Of a stretch of DNA of 64,000 nucleotides, positions 27,490-41,172 are shown piece by piece. This DNA comes from Octopus vulgaris (taxonomy: Eukaryota), in the NCBI GenBank assembly GCA_951406725.2, contig OX597820.1, positions 87,110,001 through 87,174,000 on the forward strand, given 5' to 3'. Position 1 is the first letter of the stretch. Every line of letters begins with the position of its first letter. The translations under genes and the position numbers were made by a program. The notes under the pieces are model-generated. The model worked only from the letters and a program-made list of their open reading frames with translations. It was not told the origin of the DNA and ran no database searches.

Positions 27490-27875
27490 TCAGTTCAGTC
27501 GTATTCCGTGGTACCTTCTACAATAGTCCCGGGTCAACTAAAGCCTTTTGAATAGATATTACTGACAGAAACTGAGAGCTAGTCACACACATATGTGTGT
27601 GTGGGAGCGTGTGTTTTTATGTGTATGTGTGTACGCGGGTGTATGTGTGAGTGCGTGTGTTCGTGTGTTTCTCTGTATGTGTCTTGGTGATTGTCCCTTT
27701 CCACTGCTTGGCAACTGGTGTTGGTATGTTTTCTTCAACGTAACAAAGCGGTTCAGCAAAGGTACAGATAGATGACGGACCAGGCTTAAGAATAAGGTTC
27801 GAATTGTTCGACTAAACCTTTCAAAACAATGTCCCAGCATGGCTGCAATCCAATGGATGAAACGAGCAAAAGAAA
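27490..27875 (+). mobile_element. Diverged SINE family A
   Basis: Colinear with family A body and tail (cccagcatggctgcaatccaat..gaaacgagcaaaag). Confidence 0.7.
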
Positions 27876-28027
27876 GGTAAAGATGTGTGTGTGTGTGTGT
27901 GTTCTTGTGTGTGCACAAATATACTTATATTCACACATACGCATATATATATATATAAGAGAAATTAAAAAAAGGAAAATACATACACTTTATATAGTTT
28001 TTTTATATAATTTATATAATTTTTTAT

Positions 28028-28062
28028 ATATCGACCGGTTTCGCTGTCGCTATTCAAGGTAT
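28028..28062 (-). ncRNA. Degenerate minimal hammerhead near the 3' end of the Neptune-like PLE
   Basis: Minus strand ATACC-TTGAATA-GC-gaca-GC-GAAAC-CG-GTC-GATAT. The 3' half GAAACCGGUC is canonical; the core has two substitutions. Confidence 0.6.
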
Positions 28063-28911
28063 TATGGTTTACTTATTTGAAAATGTATTTTCTTAAGAAG
28101 AAATATTTGTCCATGTTGTGTGTGATGATATTTACGAGTGAATGACTTCACAAGTAGAAAAATAAGGGGAGGTAATTGGTTATCGCTATTATTGTTGTTG
28201 TTGTGGGCAAGGGAGATAACTGTTCAGGGGAGGGAAATATATGTGTACACGCAAAAGAGGGGTTTCGAAAAACTTGTTTAGTGAGGGGATTTATGTACAG
28301 TGATGTAATCGTGAATTGAAAAATGTAAAAAGATAAAAGTTGGCTATGCTTGCATATTAAGACGGCTTCTGTTTTTTTCATTTAAACGTTCTTGTGGAGA
28401 GATTGTTTCTGAACTGGTAGAAGGGGAAGACTGTGAAATTTGGTTTGATGTTACCTGCACATATTTCTATATGTTCACTGAGAGGAATTTGCCTGTATTG
28501 CAGGAAACGGATTTGCTCTTTATGTAGAGTAGTTCTCCTCCTCAAGGTCATACTCGTCTCTCCAATATAGTTGTATCCGCAACCCGAGCAGGTTATTACA
28601 TAAAATAGGTTCTCAGAGGCACAAATGAAATCATATTAAAACTATGTAAAGTGTGTGTATTTTCCTTTTTTAATTTCTTATATATATTACAACTCACCAT
28701 GTGGGAATAATCAAAATTCCTCTTTTTCTGTTACTATATATATATATATGGAGAGAAGATTTTTTCTCAAAGAGTTAAGATTGAGAAAAGAACCTGTTTA
28801 GAAAGTCGAAAGGCACTAACCTTTGGAAAGAGATTTCACAAAATGTGTGTGGCTTTTACTTTTATAGACGCGCAAGCGCTTTCAGTTCATAACGTTTTTA
28901 AGCATGCGTAA

Positions 28912-30575
28912 TTAAATATAGTGACAGTTGTTTTCAGTAAAATAGTTGTTGAGTATTTCCGGTTTAGTCTTGGACACAGAAATCTTATGAAATATTCTTT
29001 CTTTTGCCTTCCGGAGAAGGTCGTTCTCTTCATTTATTTTATGAAGAATGAAAATTGTAAATTTTCCTTGTGCAAATGTCTCCAAATGATCGTTAAATAG
29101 TATGCATCTAAGTGAGGGATGTTTTATTTGATGTCTGTGCACATTTACCTGGTTGGTTAGTTTCGATTTTGTTTCCCCAATATAATATTCGTTGCATTAT
29201 GGGCATGTGATACAATATATCAGGTTTTTGCTTTTACAGTTCATGTTTGCATTCACCATTAATTCTTTTCCATCCTTGATTTTTTTGGCTGGTCCTTGTT
29301 CTATTAAATAACATGTCCCACATAGGAGATCTCCACATTTGGTAATTTGCATTATTTCTCCCTCAGATGCAAATCTTGCTTGGTTAGAAGTTTCTTAAGA
29401 TTTAGTGGTTGCCTTTGACTGTTGATTAATTGTTGTTCTTTGATTATTTATCGGAGGCATGAGGACTGGTGTAAAATTGGTAGAAGGTGTTTGGCTGTTT
29501 GTAGAATATTGTGGTTCCTGGGATTGTGAGTGATAATAAATGGGCTATTTTTACGTTAATTTTCCCGTTTATTCTCAGCGTGAGTGTTTTTTCTTCTTAG
29601 TGTAGAGATTGGGATATTTTTAACTTCAGTTATCGCTTGCTCTATTAGTTTGGTGGAGTATTTTTGTTTTTTAAGGAACAAGTTAAGCTCTGCAAGACGT
29701 CTTTCTCTTCTGTTTGTCTCCGAAACTACTGTACATATTCGTCTTGCCATATTAAAGGGTATGTACCTTTTTGTAAGGGAAGGATGGCAAGATCTGAAGT
29801 CTAAATATTGGTGTATGTGTCTGTGTTTTTGTAATAGAGGTCAGTTGTTATAATCTCATTCTCTTTAATTATTAAGATATCTAGGAAGGGGAGTTCCCTT
29901 TCATTCATTTCCATAGTGAATTGGATTGATTCATGGGCCTTGTTTATAATTTCAAATTTTTTTAAGGTCCTTAATTCTGTTCCAGAATATAAAGCAGTCG
30001 TCCAAGTATCTTTTCCAGTTTCCCACTAGGTACGAGTGGAAGTTTTGGCCAAAAGAAATCTGAAATAAGCAGTAGATTATTTTCTTCCTAATTACCCATT
30101 ATTAGTGTGGCAAGTGTAGGTGCTACCATGGTACTCATTGCAGTCCCATGTAAGTGTAGGTAGTATTGATTGTCAAAAAAGTAGCTATTTTCTAGTACTA
30201 GCTGTAACCCTTCAAGTATTAATTCCTTGGAGAATCTTTCTTGGATTCATTGTGGGTGTTTGTGCTCATCCTAAGTAATGGGGGATATTGATGTAGAGGC
30301 TGACTACATCAAAGCTGACTAATATGGTTTCTTTGTTCACTCTTTTTGGAATGTGGTTTAGGAAATTCATATTATCTCTAATAAAACTAGGGATCAATTT
30401 ACATAAAGGTTTTAGAATTGTGTCAGGCAAGTTGCTTTCTCTTTCTGTGCTTGATGCTGGTCCTGCTACAATTGGTCTTAATCTAAGATCAGATGGTCTG
30501 GGAATCTTTATATAGGGAGTCTGAATGTCCTTCAAACAGTCCTTGATTTCTTTAGATTTGTGGATTTTCAGATAT
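28912..30575 (-). mobile_element. Penelope-like element (probably Neptune clade): disrupted RT and GIY-YIG endonuclease
   Basis: Motifs in order across stops and frameshifts: LKIHK, LRPIVAG, SFDVVSLYINIP, GTAMSTMVAP, WKRYLDDCFIFW, IQFTME..LPFLDI, YLDFRSCHP, linker CGDLLCGTC, LIYCITC..CNEYYIGET. Confidence 0.93.
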
Positions 30576-30808
30576 CGTTACTATTATGCAAAAGTGTCGT
30601 AAGTTCAAAAATTTGCTTTTTCAGGAAATGAAAAATAGCTTCACCATTCCATAACAAAATTGGTGTACTACACGTTGACAATTTTTGATATCTTGGCATC
30701 CGAAGCAGCTGGAGATACGATAGAACCGGTTGTTGCAAGCAAAAATGAATATTGCAAAAAAATGCATTTGGCCAAATTTGAACATACGACAGTTTAACAT
30801 AATAGCAA

Positions 30809-30880
<72 letters not shown>

Positions 30881-30956
30881 CTATGTATGTATGTATGTAT
30901 GTATGTATGTATGTATGTATGTATGTTTGTATATATATATATATATATATATATAC

Positions 30957-31168
30957 TCTTTTACTTGTTTCAGTCATTTGACTGCGGCCATGTTGGCGCA
31001 ACGCCTTTAGTCGAGCAAATCACCCCAGGACTTATTCTTTGTAAGCCTAGTATTTATTCTATCGGTTTCTTTTGCTGAACCGCTAAGTTACGGGTACGCA
31101 AACACACCAGCATCGGTTGTCAAGCGATGTTGGGGGGACAAACACAGACACACAAACACATACACACG

Positions 31169-31200
<32 letters not shown>

Positions 31201-31369
31201 CATATATACGACGGGCTTCTTTCAGTTTCCGTCTTCCAAATCCACTCACAAGGCTTTGGTCGGTCCGAGGCTATAGTAGAAGACATTTGCCCAAGGTGCC
31301 ACGCAATGGGACTGAACCCGGAACCATGTGGTTGGTAAGCAAGCTACCTACTACACAGCCACTCCTACG

Positions 31370-31372
<3 letters not shown>
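30957..31372 (-). mobile_element. Full-length SINE family A
   Basis: Head aggcgtaggagtggctgtgtagtaggtagcttgc...ggttcagtccc, internal (TA/TG)n tract, tail gaaacaagtaaaagag. Inserted in a TA microsatellite. Confidence 0.92.
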
Positions 31373-31411
<39 letters not shown>

Positions 31412-31644
31412 TTTTTGAATAAACACCTGTATATCCTGGTTTGCATATATCATAGTGACAAGATTTATATAGTAAAGTCTTCATCAGATAATTTCTTGTA
31501 TAAATGCAATCCGTTCTTAAAATAACTTGGCTAGAAGGAATCGGAAGTTTTCTTATTCGTGCGCTTCCGACGCATATTAATGACGTTGTAAAAGGACATG
31601 GACAAAATGAGGATAGAAAGTAGGTCACATACTTTCTTTCGTCT

Positions 31645-31985
31645 CTTTTCTTTCACTTGTTTCAGTCATTTGACTAAGACCATGCTACAGCACTGTCTTG
31701 AAGGATTTTAGTTGAACAAATCGATCGCGGGACTTATTTTTGTTAAAGCCTTGTACATATTCTGTCGATTCTCTTATTGGCAAACCGCTGAGTTGCGAGG
31801 AAGTAAACAACCAGCACTGGCTGTAAAGCGCTGGGGGACAAACACAAACACAAAGTTACACACACACGCACACACACGTCATGCTTCAGTTTTCGTCCAC
31901 ACCCCGGGCTGTAGTAGAGGACATTTGCCCAAGCATATGGCTTTGGATTGAGTCCCACCAAAAATTATTGGCCATACATGCGCCA
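31645..31985 (-). mobile_element. Diverged SINE family A
   Basis: Colinear with 30957-31372, with deletions. Confidence 0.75.
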
Positions 31986-32145
31986 ATAAAAATTGTGATA
32001 CTAGATTCCAGATGGATTCGAACCCAAGACCACGAAATAATGTTGACATTTTTGCTTTTTGGAGAAAGTTTCGTTCCTCCCCTAATATTGCCAGATAATT
32101 AATAATGGTCACTTAGGTCAGTTATTGAAGAAATGAAACATAACA

Positions 32146-32296
32146 CAGTTCTATATTTAAGAGATGTACTTTATTTACATTTGACGGATATTTGTCCTCA
32201 TCTTGTTTGTTGTTAACACAACGTTTCGTTTGATATACCCCTCAGCCTTCATCAGATGTCTTGGGAAATTTCGAACCTGGCTTCTCATTCCTAAGA

Positions 32297-32336
<40 letters not shown>

Positions 32337-32358
32337 ACTATTATCATCATCATCATCA

Positions 32359-32434
<76 letters not shown>

Positions 32435-32476
32435 TCGGAACCTTGGGGTTAGTAGCCCGCGCTCTTAAACACTACG
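32146..32476 (-). mobile_element. tRNA-headed, hammerhead-containing short element
   Basis: Minus strand: tRNA-like head gtagtgtttaagagcgcgggctactaaccccaaggttccgagt, then an (AAT)/(GAT)/(AAC) tract, then body with GACAT-CTGATGA-A-GGCTG..CAAAC-GAAAC-GT-T-GTGTT (32215-32260). Homologous to 50973-51174. Confidence 0.8.
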
Positions 32477-32849
32477 GGTTTCAGTTGCACAAGATTGTAT
32501 CGAGAACGATGAAAACTTTTTGAGAACTTTGCGTAGGCCTCTGAGCAGGTATCACCAAGCTTTTGGCAAAATTTGAAGCAGATTCTCTGCTCAACTTTAT
32601 GTCATAATCAGTTTTTGTTTGATTTGAATATAAAAACGTAATCAAGCATTTTAAGATTTATTAAAGCTTTCCAAATATAGTTATACCCCAGCAAAATACG
32701 ATTGTAGACAAAGTGTCATCGACTTCCTTTCATGCCTGGTTTTACTTAACAGACTTACCCCTCCCTTCAAAACAGCTGGCTTTGTTCTTAAATCTTTATC
32801 ATCATCATCATAAACACCATCATTATTACTATAATTTTATTTGTGGTAA

Positions 32850-33170
32850 ATGACCCCTTCGATCATGAATGACCATGGAATTGCACCAAGAAAGTTTCCC
32901 TCCGATCCAGAAGTCCGGACAAGGTTGTCTATGGAAGACAAACAACCGCTCATGCATACCAACCTCCTCTCTCCACGCCAATGATATCATCTAAGGGAAA
33001 GGCAAACCCGATACAGCTTAGCACCAGTGACGTCGAAATTCATTTCTACAGCTGAGTGAACTGGAGCAACGTGAAATAAAGTGTATTGCTCAAGAACACA
33101 ACACGCAGCCCGGTCCGGGAATCGAACTCACTACCTGATGATTGTGAGTCCCACACTCTAACCACAGAGC
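32850..33170 (-). mobile_element. SINE family C
   Basis: Minus-strand A box tggctctgtggttag and B box gagttcgattccc; body homologous to 22245-22515. Confidence 0.85.
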
Positions 33171-35944
33171 CAGTATTGTAAGGCAAAGCTAACTTCGATG
33201 GGATTCGAATATAAAACGGAAACCACCAGAACAAATACCTTAAAATATAAATACCGACGCTTTAGTAATTCAGCTATTTGTGGGTAGAAAGGAATATTAA
33301 CGAGCAATGTATTAGAGCTTCAGTCTCAATAAAACCTTAGTTTCAATCATCTATACTTTGATTTGAAACAACGCTTTATATTAACGTTGCATTTCATTCC
33401 ACTGAAGACGGGTGATAAAATAATTACCAGTAATTTACAGTCTCATTCAGTCATTTACAAGCGAAAAATACACGTGCACTCTCTTCCTCTTGTCAAATAA
33501 AAATACTCTGTGTGCTTAATCGGTAGAATCTAAGGAACAAACTTAAAACCCTCAGCATACTCAAGTAAAGTAGGTTTCAGTTTCCAGTTCAGTTTAGTTC
33601 AACTTCAATTACACAGCTAATGCCTTCAAAACATGCATGATAGCTATACTAATATTGGTATCTTTCTCTATACGTATGTGACTCTGTGATTTCACTGTAA
33701 GGTGAAGAAGTTTACTTCAAGGATACGTCGTTCCGAACTGGACCCCACTGTATGGTAGTTTGGGTAAGTGACATCTATCGTAGCCTCGGATCGGTCAATT
33801 CTCTGCGAAGAAAATTTGGTTGAGGTAATTTGCATGGCATGTTCTCAGAGAGACCGACTGCAGTATTGAGTTCGGATTGGTTCAAACCCCTGGGGCTTGG
33901 GTACCTGAAGCAGAGTCCATTGACTCTGGGTAATTATACATGTTAGGTTCTTGGTCTGAGGAAACTTCCTTCCACGAAGATCCTGAAATAGGTGATGGAT
34001 GTCACCGTTCAACCTATGACTAAACCATGCTCCAAAGTATTCCCATAATCCATCACTAGCAATTCTTACTACAAATTCTAGAAATGGTGGTGGAATCTTC
34101 CACAAACCACAAACAACAGTATCAAAAAATAGTAAGTCACACTGAAAAATGTCATCTTATCGATATGCTCTGACGTAAACGGTTGGGACATTAGCAAGAT
34201 CAAGAACAACAATAACACTAGCCACAACAATAACAGCGGTAATAGTTAAGACGATGTTGACAACAATAATAACACCTACAACACAACAACAACAACAAGG
34301 ACACCATCAACAACAACAAATTTCTCTAGATTTAGAATATTCTTATCTCCTTACTCTACATAAAAATTAACACGTAGCGTTTCTTCAGCTTCTTCTAATC
34401 TTCAACAAAGAACAAAATGGTGGCCTGTTAGCAGAAAACCGGTCTGAACTATAACTTACCAGTTGTTTGGTGAATTATCTTTACGGTATGGATGCTGGTT
34501 GATATGGATACAGCTAAACCAATGTTTCTCTAAGTTTTTAAAAACATCAAGCGGGGTGTATCACCTCTATATTTTTGCATTAAAGATTAATACAATTCCA
34601 AGATCAAACGGCGGCGTTTGAGCAATAATGATTGAGAATCACCGAGCCGAATCATTAATAAATACATATGTTTAGCAGTTCTAGTGCTATTAGCAAGAAT
34701 ATCACTATTCTTCTCCCCACTGCTAATTCTTTGAATGAAGAGCTTCCTCTCAAAACCTCAAATTCACTTCTTCTCGTGGAACAACAACTTAGAGCATTTA
34801 TATATTTTATTATTTGTTTTCGTTGTTTGTTACTGACACTGTGTATCACTAGTTTCTTAGGATTCTAGTTTGCATTTCCTTAACAATTAATCCATGTGGG
34901 ACGAACTGTCAGATAGGAGGAAATGACAGAGAGACGGAGAATGTATTGTGGTTTTGAAAAGCATTTAACAAAAAGTTGTTGGCCGTTCCATACTTTTTCT
35001 TTCCATTATATTATACATCAGAAAGTAATGTACACGAGTGCTGGATTTGAAGATTTTATTTGATGAGTTACGGCAAAAATACGCAATTTGAGTTTTGCGT
35101 AAGCGAAAATTTAATTTAATTTAAATGAAGGGGAATCAGTTTACAACGGTTTACTTATGTGTAACAATGCGTGTTGGTCGAGTTATGAACAACTATTTGT
35201 TCAGTTTGTTGAAAATTTGATGACACACACTCTCACACACGGAAACACACGCACATGCGCGCACACGCACACACATACACATACACGCACATACACATAC
35301 ACGCACACGCACACACATACACACACACAAACATGTATGTATGCCATAGAACCTCCCAAAACTATACACCGATATCTAAGCACTACCCAGTCCTAATTAG
35401 GTTACTTATGAAGGAAACCAAACGATTCCCATCATCAGCTGCCCAAACGGATATCACTATGGTATCGACATCTAAGTAAGTACCATTCAGTCTAGTGGTA
35501 CCTACAGCATTAAAATTATAATCTCTGTCTGGGAACCGACAAGTAACAACGTAAGAGAGAACGAATAGGGATAACTTATAGGTGCAAAATAGTACTTGCA
35601 ACAAAGAACTGATTCCAAAGATGATATTTAGACAATACAACAAACATACCTAACTAAATACTGTGTTTCTCAGACAACATCAAGTCATGGACATGATATC
35701 ACACCCGAAACAAGCTTAACAACGATTACTGGAAGTGTACATCTCGTAAACAACGTTCTCGAACTATGTACAAGTCAAAGGACAAGCTTATATCAATATA
35801 TATGAAACAAGTTCAACATTATAAAATATAGTAACCAAATAATCTGATTATTAAAAATAAAACAATAAAAAAGGAAACAAATATAAATCAAACCAAAGCT
35901 AAATCATCCATTAAAGATAAACGCATATGCATATATATATATAT

Positions 35945-36015
<71 letters not shown>

Positions 36016-36348
36016 CATATATAGGTATATAAATGTGTGTATATATATTTATATATATATATGTGTTTGTATTTATACATGTGCACATATACATGTATAT
36101 ATATGTGCTTATATATACACACATCAATAAAAACAATTAATAATGCTTCTTAACTACAATGAAACTAAACCCATTATAGATAAACGCGTATGTATGTATA
36201 TGTGTATGCCTGTGGTTCTATGTGTGTATGTGTATATATGTATATATACATATATATCTATATATATATCTATATATACATATATATGTGTGTGTATATA
36301 TATATGCATATACGTACATATATAAATGTACACATATGTATATGTGTG

Positions 36349-36415
<67 letters not shown>

Positions 36416-36424
36416 ATTAGGGTA

Positions 36425-36844
36425 TCTACGAGATACCACCATGCTAAAAATAGCAGCCATGATCTGACTCTAAAGCCACCTTAATTGTCCATATATTAAC
36501 ACGGAGAGAAAACCAAGAGACAAGATGAGACTAGTAAAAAAGTACTGGATAATTCTAGATCCTGGATTTCTGATTTGCATTTAGTAATGCTTTGCCTCGT
36601 CAGTAGAATACACACAGAAGAGAAACATAAATTCATATATATATACAAGGATAACATACGAATACTTACATATACGAACGTATACCAACATATATATGCA
36701 CGTATGCATCATGGCCAGTTCAAAATGCCCGCTGTTTAATTCCATGTGAGATATGTTTTCTCTCCGTGTTGATATATGGACAATCAAGGTGGTTTTTGAG
36801 TCAGATCATGGCTGCTATTTTCATAATGGTGGTATTTCATAGAT
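36425..36844. repeat. Fold-back element with ~90-bp inverted arms enclosing a hammerhead
   Basis: 36425-36513 is reverse-complementary to 36755-36844 (e.g. tagcagccatgatctgactc / gagtcagatcatggctgcta). Confidence 0.88.
36552..36609 (-). ncRNA. Type I hammerhead with intact core
   Basis: Minus strand ATTCTA-CTGACGA-G..GCATT/AATGC hairpin..A-GAAA-TCCAGGA-TC-TAGAAT. Perfect 6-bp stem I, near-palindromic helix III, AUC site. Base of stem II is imperfect. Confidence 0.75.
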
Positions 36845-37092
36845 TTTAAACCTCTATAATTTTTTAAAAGAACTCCAGCAATTTAGCTTGGAAAGGTACA
36901 TTAACGTGCCAAATTCAAAAATGTTCAATAAACTTTAATGTTTGAAATACTGGCAGCCAAACGAACTAGATACGTATTTGCTCGTGCAAAGTCGTGTCAT
37001 CTGACTCTGCTCTGTTGACTTCTATTTGGGAATACCATACTGCCTTTCTAACGCCGTCTGTAGAAATTCGTTTTCAAATTTTCACTTTACTG

Positions 37093-38900
37093 ATGCCTCC
37101 AGTCAAGAAAATTTGTTGAGAATTCAGTAGTGATTATTTATCGTTTGGATTTATTCTCTCTCCTCAGAACTGTCAGTTACCAATGTGCCTTCTTTGTCAT
37201 CAAACATTGACCAGCGAAGCAATGAAATCTTTATGCTTGAAATGTCACTTTGATGCAAAGCAGTCTGAGAAGAGGGACTAGCCGTTATCATACTTTGCAA
37301 CTATGCTCCTCTTTCAAAAAGCAAATACAAACATTCAACATGCTACTCCAGGAAACTAGTAAACAGGAGAATGACGGGTTGATTGCATCGTACAATATTG
37401 CATTGTTTGTTGCTAACTCTGGGAAGTCTCACACAACTGGAGAAACATTACTTCGTCCAGTTAGTGAAGAGGTTTTGTCAACTGTTATGCACGAAAAACC
37501 CGATAACATTATGAAGAAGATCCCACTTAGTAATAACACAATTTCTCGACGCGTCGATGGAATGGCCAACGATGTCAAACATCAGCTCATTAATATTCTC
37601 CAGCGTTCTAAATTTTCTACACAAGTGGATGAGTAAACTGTTGTGGACAATCAATGTTTGAAGATGGTATTGGTATTGCAGCGAAGACCTTCAACCTTGT
37701 GAGGAAATGCTTTTCACAGAGAAATTGCCGCTTGATTCAAAAGGTGCAACTATTTTTCACATTCTCAAGTCTTTCCTTTTTAACATAATATTCCACTCAG
37801 TAATACTATTACCTGTGCGTCTGATGGAGCCCCTTCGATGATAGGAAGACACAGAGGTTTTTCCTCTCTTCTAAAGCGTGAAATTTCACACCAGATACTA
37901 ACTGTTCATTGCTTGGCACAACGGCAACATTTAGAGGTAAAAAAAAATATGAACAGTAGATTGAATGATGTGCTACAGTTAGTTATCAAGATTGTGAACA
38001 AATTGAAGTCCAGCCCCTTGTCTGATCGAATTTTCCGTCAATTCTGTCTGAGAAATGATGAGGACCATACTAAACTCTTATACCATACCGAAGTGCGGTA
38101 GCTGTCAAAAGGAAACTGTTTTATGCTTTGTTAAACTGTTTTATATAATATATTTTTCTTTGAAGATACTCCACTATCCGCTTCATTGATGGCTGAAAGA
38201 TGCAATTTCTTTTTTCCTTGTGTCTATCTAATTTATAGAAGACGAATTAACTTCTTTGAATTTAGTAAACAGATTTTTGCAACGATTTATTGCAGAATTC
38301 ATCAAGAAAAGGTATTTTCTAAGTCTGTAAAATTTGAAAATGTTATGGGCATAATTGTTCCAACCGTAAAGTTTGCTAAATTCCCAAACTCTTAACCATA
38401 GCAGTTTAAAGAGTTCTTAGAACTTGAATCGGAGTAAGGTGATGTGGTTTGCAACTGTGCAGTTCAGTGAGAAGTAAATGAAAGGCGCTATACGCCTTCT
38501 TAGAAATGAAAGATAAATTTCTCCCTGAGTAGAAATATGAAAACTGAATTCGTGACCTTGCACGTATCATTACTCTTTTGAATGATTTCAATCTCAAATG
38601 CTGAAAAAGTAAAATCAGTTGATTCATAAGACGTGTTCTCATATCAAAGATTTTGAAAATTATTTTCGAGTTTTGGGAAACTAATTCAAAACTGATGACA
38701 CTTTCCATTTCCCAACACTAGTCAAGCAGAGGGAGTCTGGATGTAGTGACTTTAATGTGGAGTTAAATTAGCTGAAAAAGGAACTGAATACCATATATAA
38801 GGACTCTAACTCAATACCAGATTTAAGGACTTTTTATTTCCCTAAAGATATAAAAATTAAATTTTCCCTATTTCTAAGGCAAATGCTTAGGTATCTCGCA
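37093..38900 (+). mobile_element. Decayed hAT transposase of the Buster/Charlie group
   Basis: SYNIALFVANSGKSHTTGETL, IPLSNNTISRRV, FSTQVDE, ASDGAPSMIG, VHCLAQRQHL, LLYHTEVR*LSKG. Many stops and frameshifts; 3' boundary approximate. Confidence 0.9.
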
Positions 38901-40315
38901 CTCTGTAGTGAAAATGATTGAGCAACCTCCAACGAAATATTAATCTGATCTATTTCTTGTGCAGCTCGCTTTACGATGAACTTATGGCCCATTGCTCGAA
39001 AGAGACAGTCATGCCTGGACTAGCCAGTTGTAAAGAAATATCAAAGAAAAATTCACACAAACATGTATGTATGCGGGTTTTTATCTTTAGTTCTTCTTTA
39101 CAATTAGCCAGTAATACCCACTTGAAAAAATATGTGTAAACTTATATGTATATATTTCTTTATAACTGCATGCATGTAATATATGCATGTATGCATTGTA
39201 AGTATATTCTTTACTGTTTTTAATCATTTAAATTATCCCACTGAAGAAGGAGCTGGTTTCTAACAAAGATACAAAAATCCATCGTCGGAATGTAGATAAC
39301 GAAAACAATGTCATATTTCAAACCTGAAAAAAGTCTTGCATAGCTTTACTGTTCCGCTTACACATTGTATTTGTAATGTGCGAGTAGGTTGGTTAGCTTC
39401 TAAGTTTGTATGTATGTATGTATGTATGTATGTATGTATCTATGTATGTATGTATGTATGTATGTATGTGTGTGTGTATGTTTCTGCTCAATGCAGAAAA
39501 CGGAATATGAAATGATCATTTGCTCATCCAGTTATCACTTCGCATCAGCAGACATTATATTAAACCAATTCATGAAAATAGACTGACATCGTGAAAGTCA
39601 GAGATACATTAGTATGACAAAATAACAACTAAAATAACCTGTCATCTGATTCTTCAACATTGCAATCAATAATGTTCAGTTAAGCTATAACATCTTCGAC
39701 CTAAACATAAATATGTTACACGAGGGAAGTGCATGTATTGTATTCGTAGTAAGAAACTAATATAATACGTGAAATGTTGTGAAAATGCTGTAAACGACAA
39801 CGTCGTTATAATCTCACTAGATACTTGTATGAAATAAAAACTGAATAGGAATATTTATCTTGAGGAAAGAAAATAAACAAACTTCATATAAAATGTTTTG
39901 CATAAAATATTCACAATAGAGTAACACACACACACATATACACACATACATATATCTGTTCATACACACACATGCACGCACGCACAAATACATGTAGATA
40001 GATATATACTTATATATATATATATATATATATATATAGATAGATAGATAGATAGATAGATACATACATACATACATACATACATAGATACATACATACA
40101 TACACTACATGCATACATATATATATAATATACTTTTATATAATGAATTAGTGTGTATACATAAATACAAATACATATATTCGTATATACATGTACACAT
40201 ATTCATATCTCGTTGTAAATATATATATATATATATGTATATATACACATATATATTTAGGAATATAAATGAAAATATATCCATGTGTTTATATCTATGT
40301 ATGCAGATACCTGTA

Positions 40316-40441
40316 TACGTATACATACATATATTTAAATGATAATTATAGGTGTGTATATGTGTGTATAGACTCTTTTACGTATACATACATATATCTA
40401 AATGATAATTATAGGTGTGTATGTGTGTATAGACTCTTTTA
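40316..40441. repeat. Tandem duplication of a ~63-bp unit
   Basis: tacgtatacatacatatat.taaatgataattataggtgtgtat..gtgtatagactctttta occurs twice, abutting a SINE tail. Confidence 0.85.
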
Positions 40442-40625
40442 CTCTTTTACTTGTTTCAGTAATTTGACTGCGGCCCTGCTGGAGCATCGCCTTTAGCCGA
40501 GCAAATCAACCCCAGGACTTATTCTTTGTAAGCCTAGGCCTCTTTTGCCGAACCGCTAGGTTACGCGGACGTAAACACATCAACATCGGTTGTCTGGCGA
40601 TGATGAGGGGACAAACACAGGCACA
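40441..40625 (-). mobile_element. SINE family A, 3' half
   Basis: ctcttttacttgtttcagtaatttgactgcggcc...ggggacaaacacag. Confidence 0.88.
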
Positions 40626-40693
40626 CAAACATACACGCGCGCGCTCACACACACTCACAAGCAGACACACATATATATGTATATATAGATATT

Positions 40694-40746
<53 letters not shown>

Positions 40747-40936
40747 CCCAAAACCAAACATATATATATATATATATAACATTTAACTTAGGAATTACGA
40801 TACTAACTTGTAGAACTCAATGAAGTTCATAAGATAATGGACTATTTCTTTGTCATCTCAATTTCTTAAACACACGCACAGAGAGAGACAGACAGACAGA
40901 CACATACATACATACATACATACATACATACATACA

Positions 40937-40972
<36 letters not shown>

Positions 40973-41008
40973 TGCATTAGAAAGTATCGGTCACTTAACA
41001 CAACACGA

Positions 41009-41078
<70 letters not shown>

Positions 41079-41134
41079 GCAGAGACAGAGAGAGAGAGAG
41101 AAAGAGAAAGAGACAGACAGACAGAGAGAGAGAA

Positions 41135-41172
<38 letters not shown>

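Noticed and set aside
31425-31492. Minus-strand CTGATGA-A-GAC...GTC hairpin
   Set aside because: GAAA does not follow the stem.
33402-33470. CTGAAGACGGG resembling the start of the 43558 motif
   Set aside because: No matching 3' half found.
35401-35474. Open stretch ending at a gtaagt donor-like site
   Set aside because: Weak acceptor and no recognisable protein similarity.
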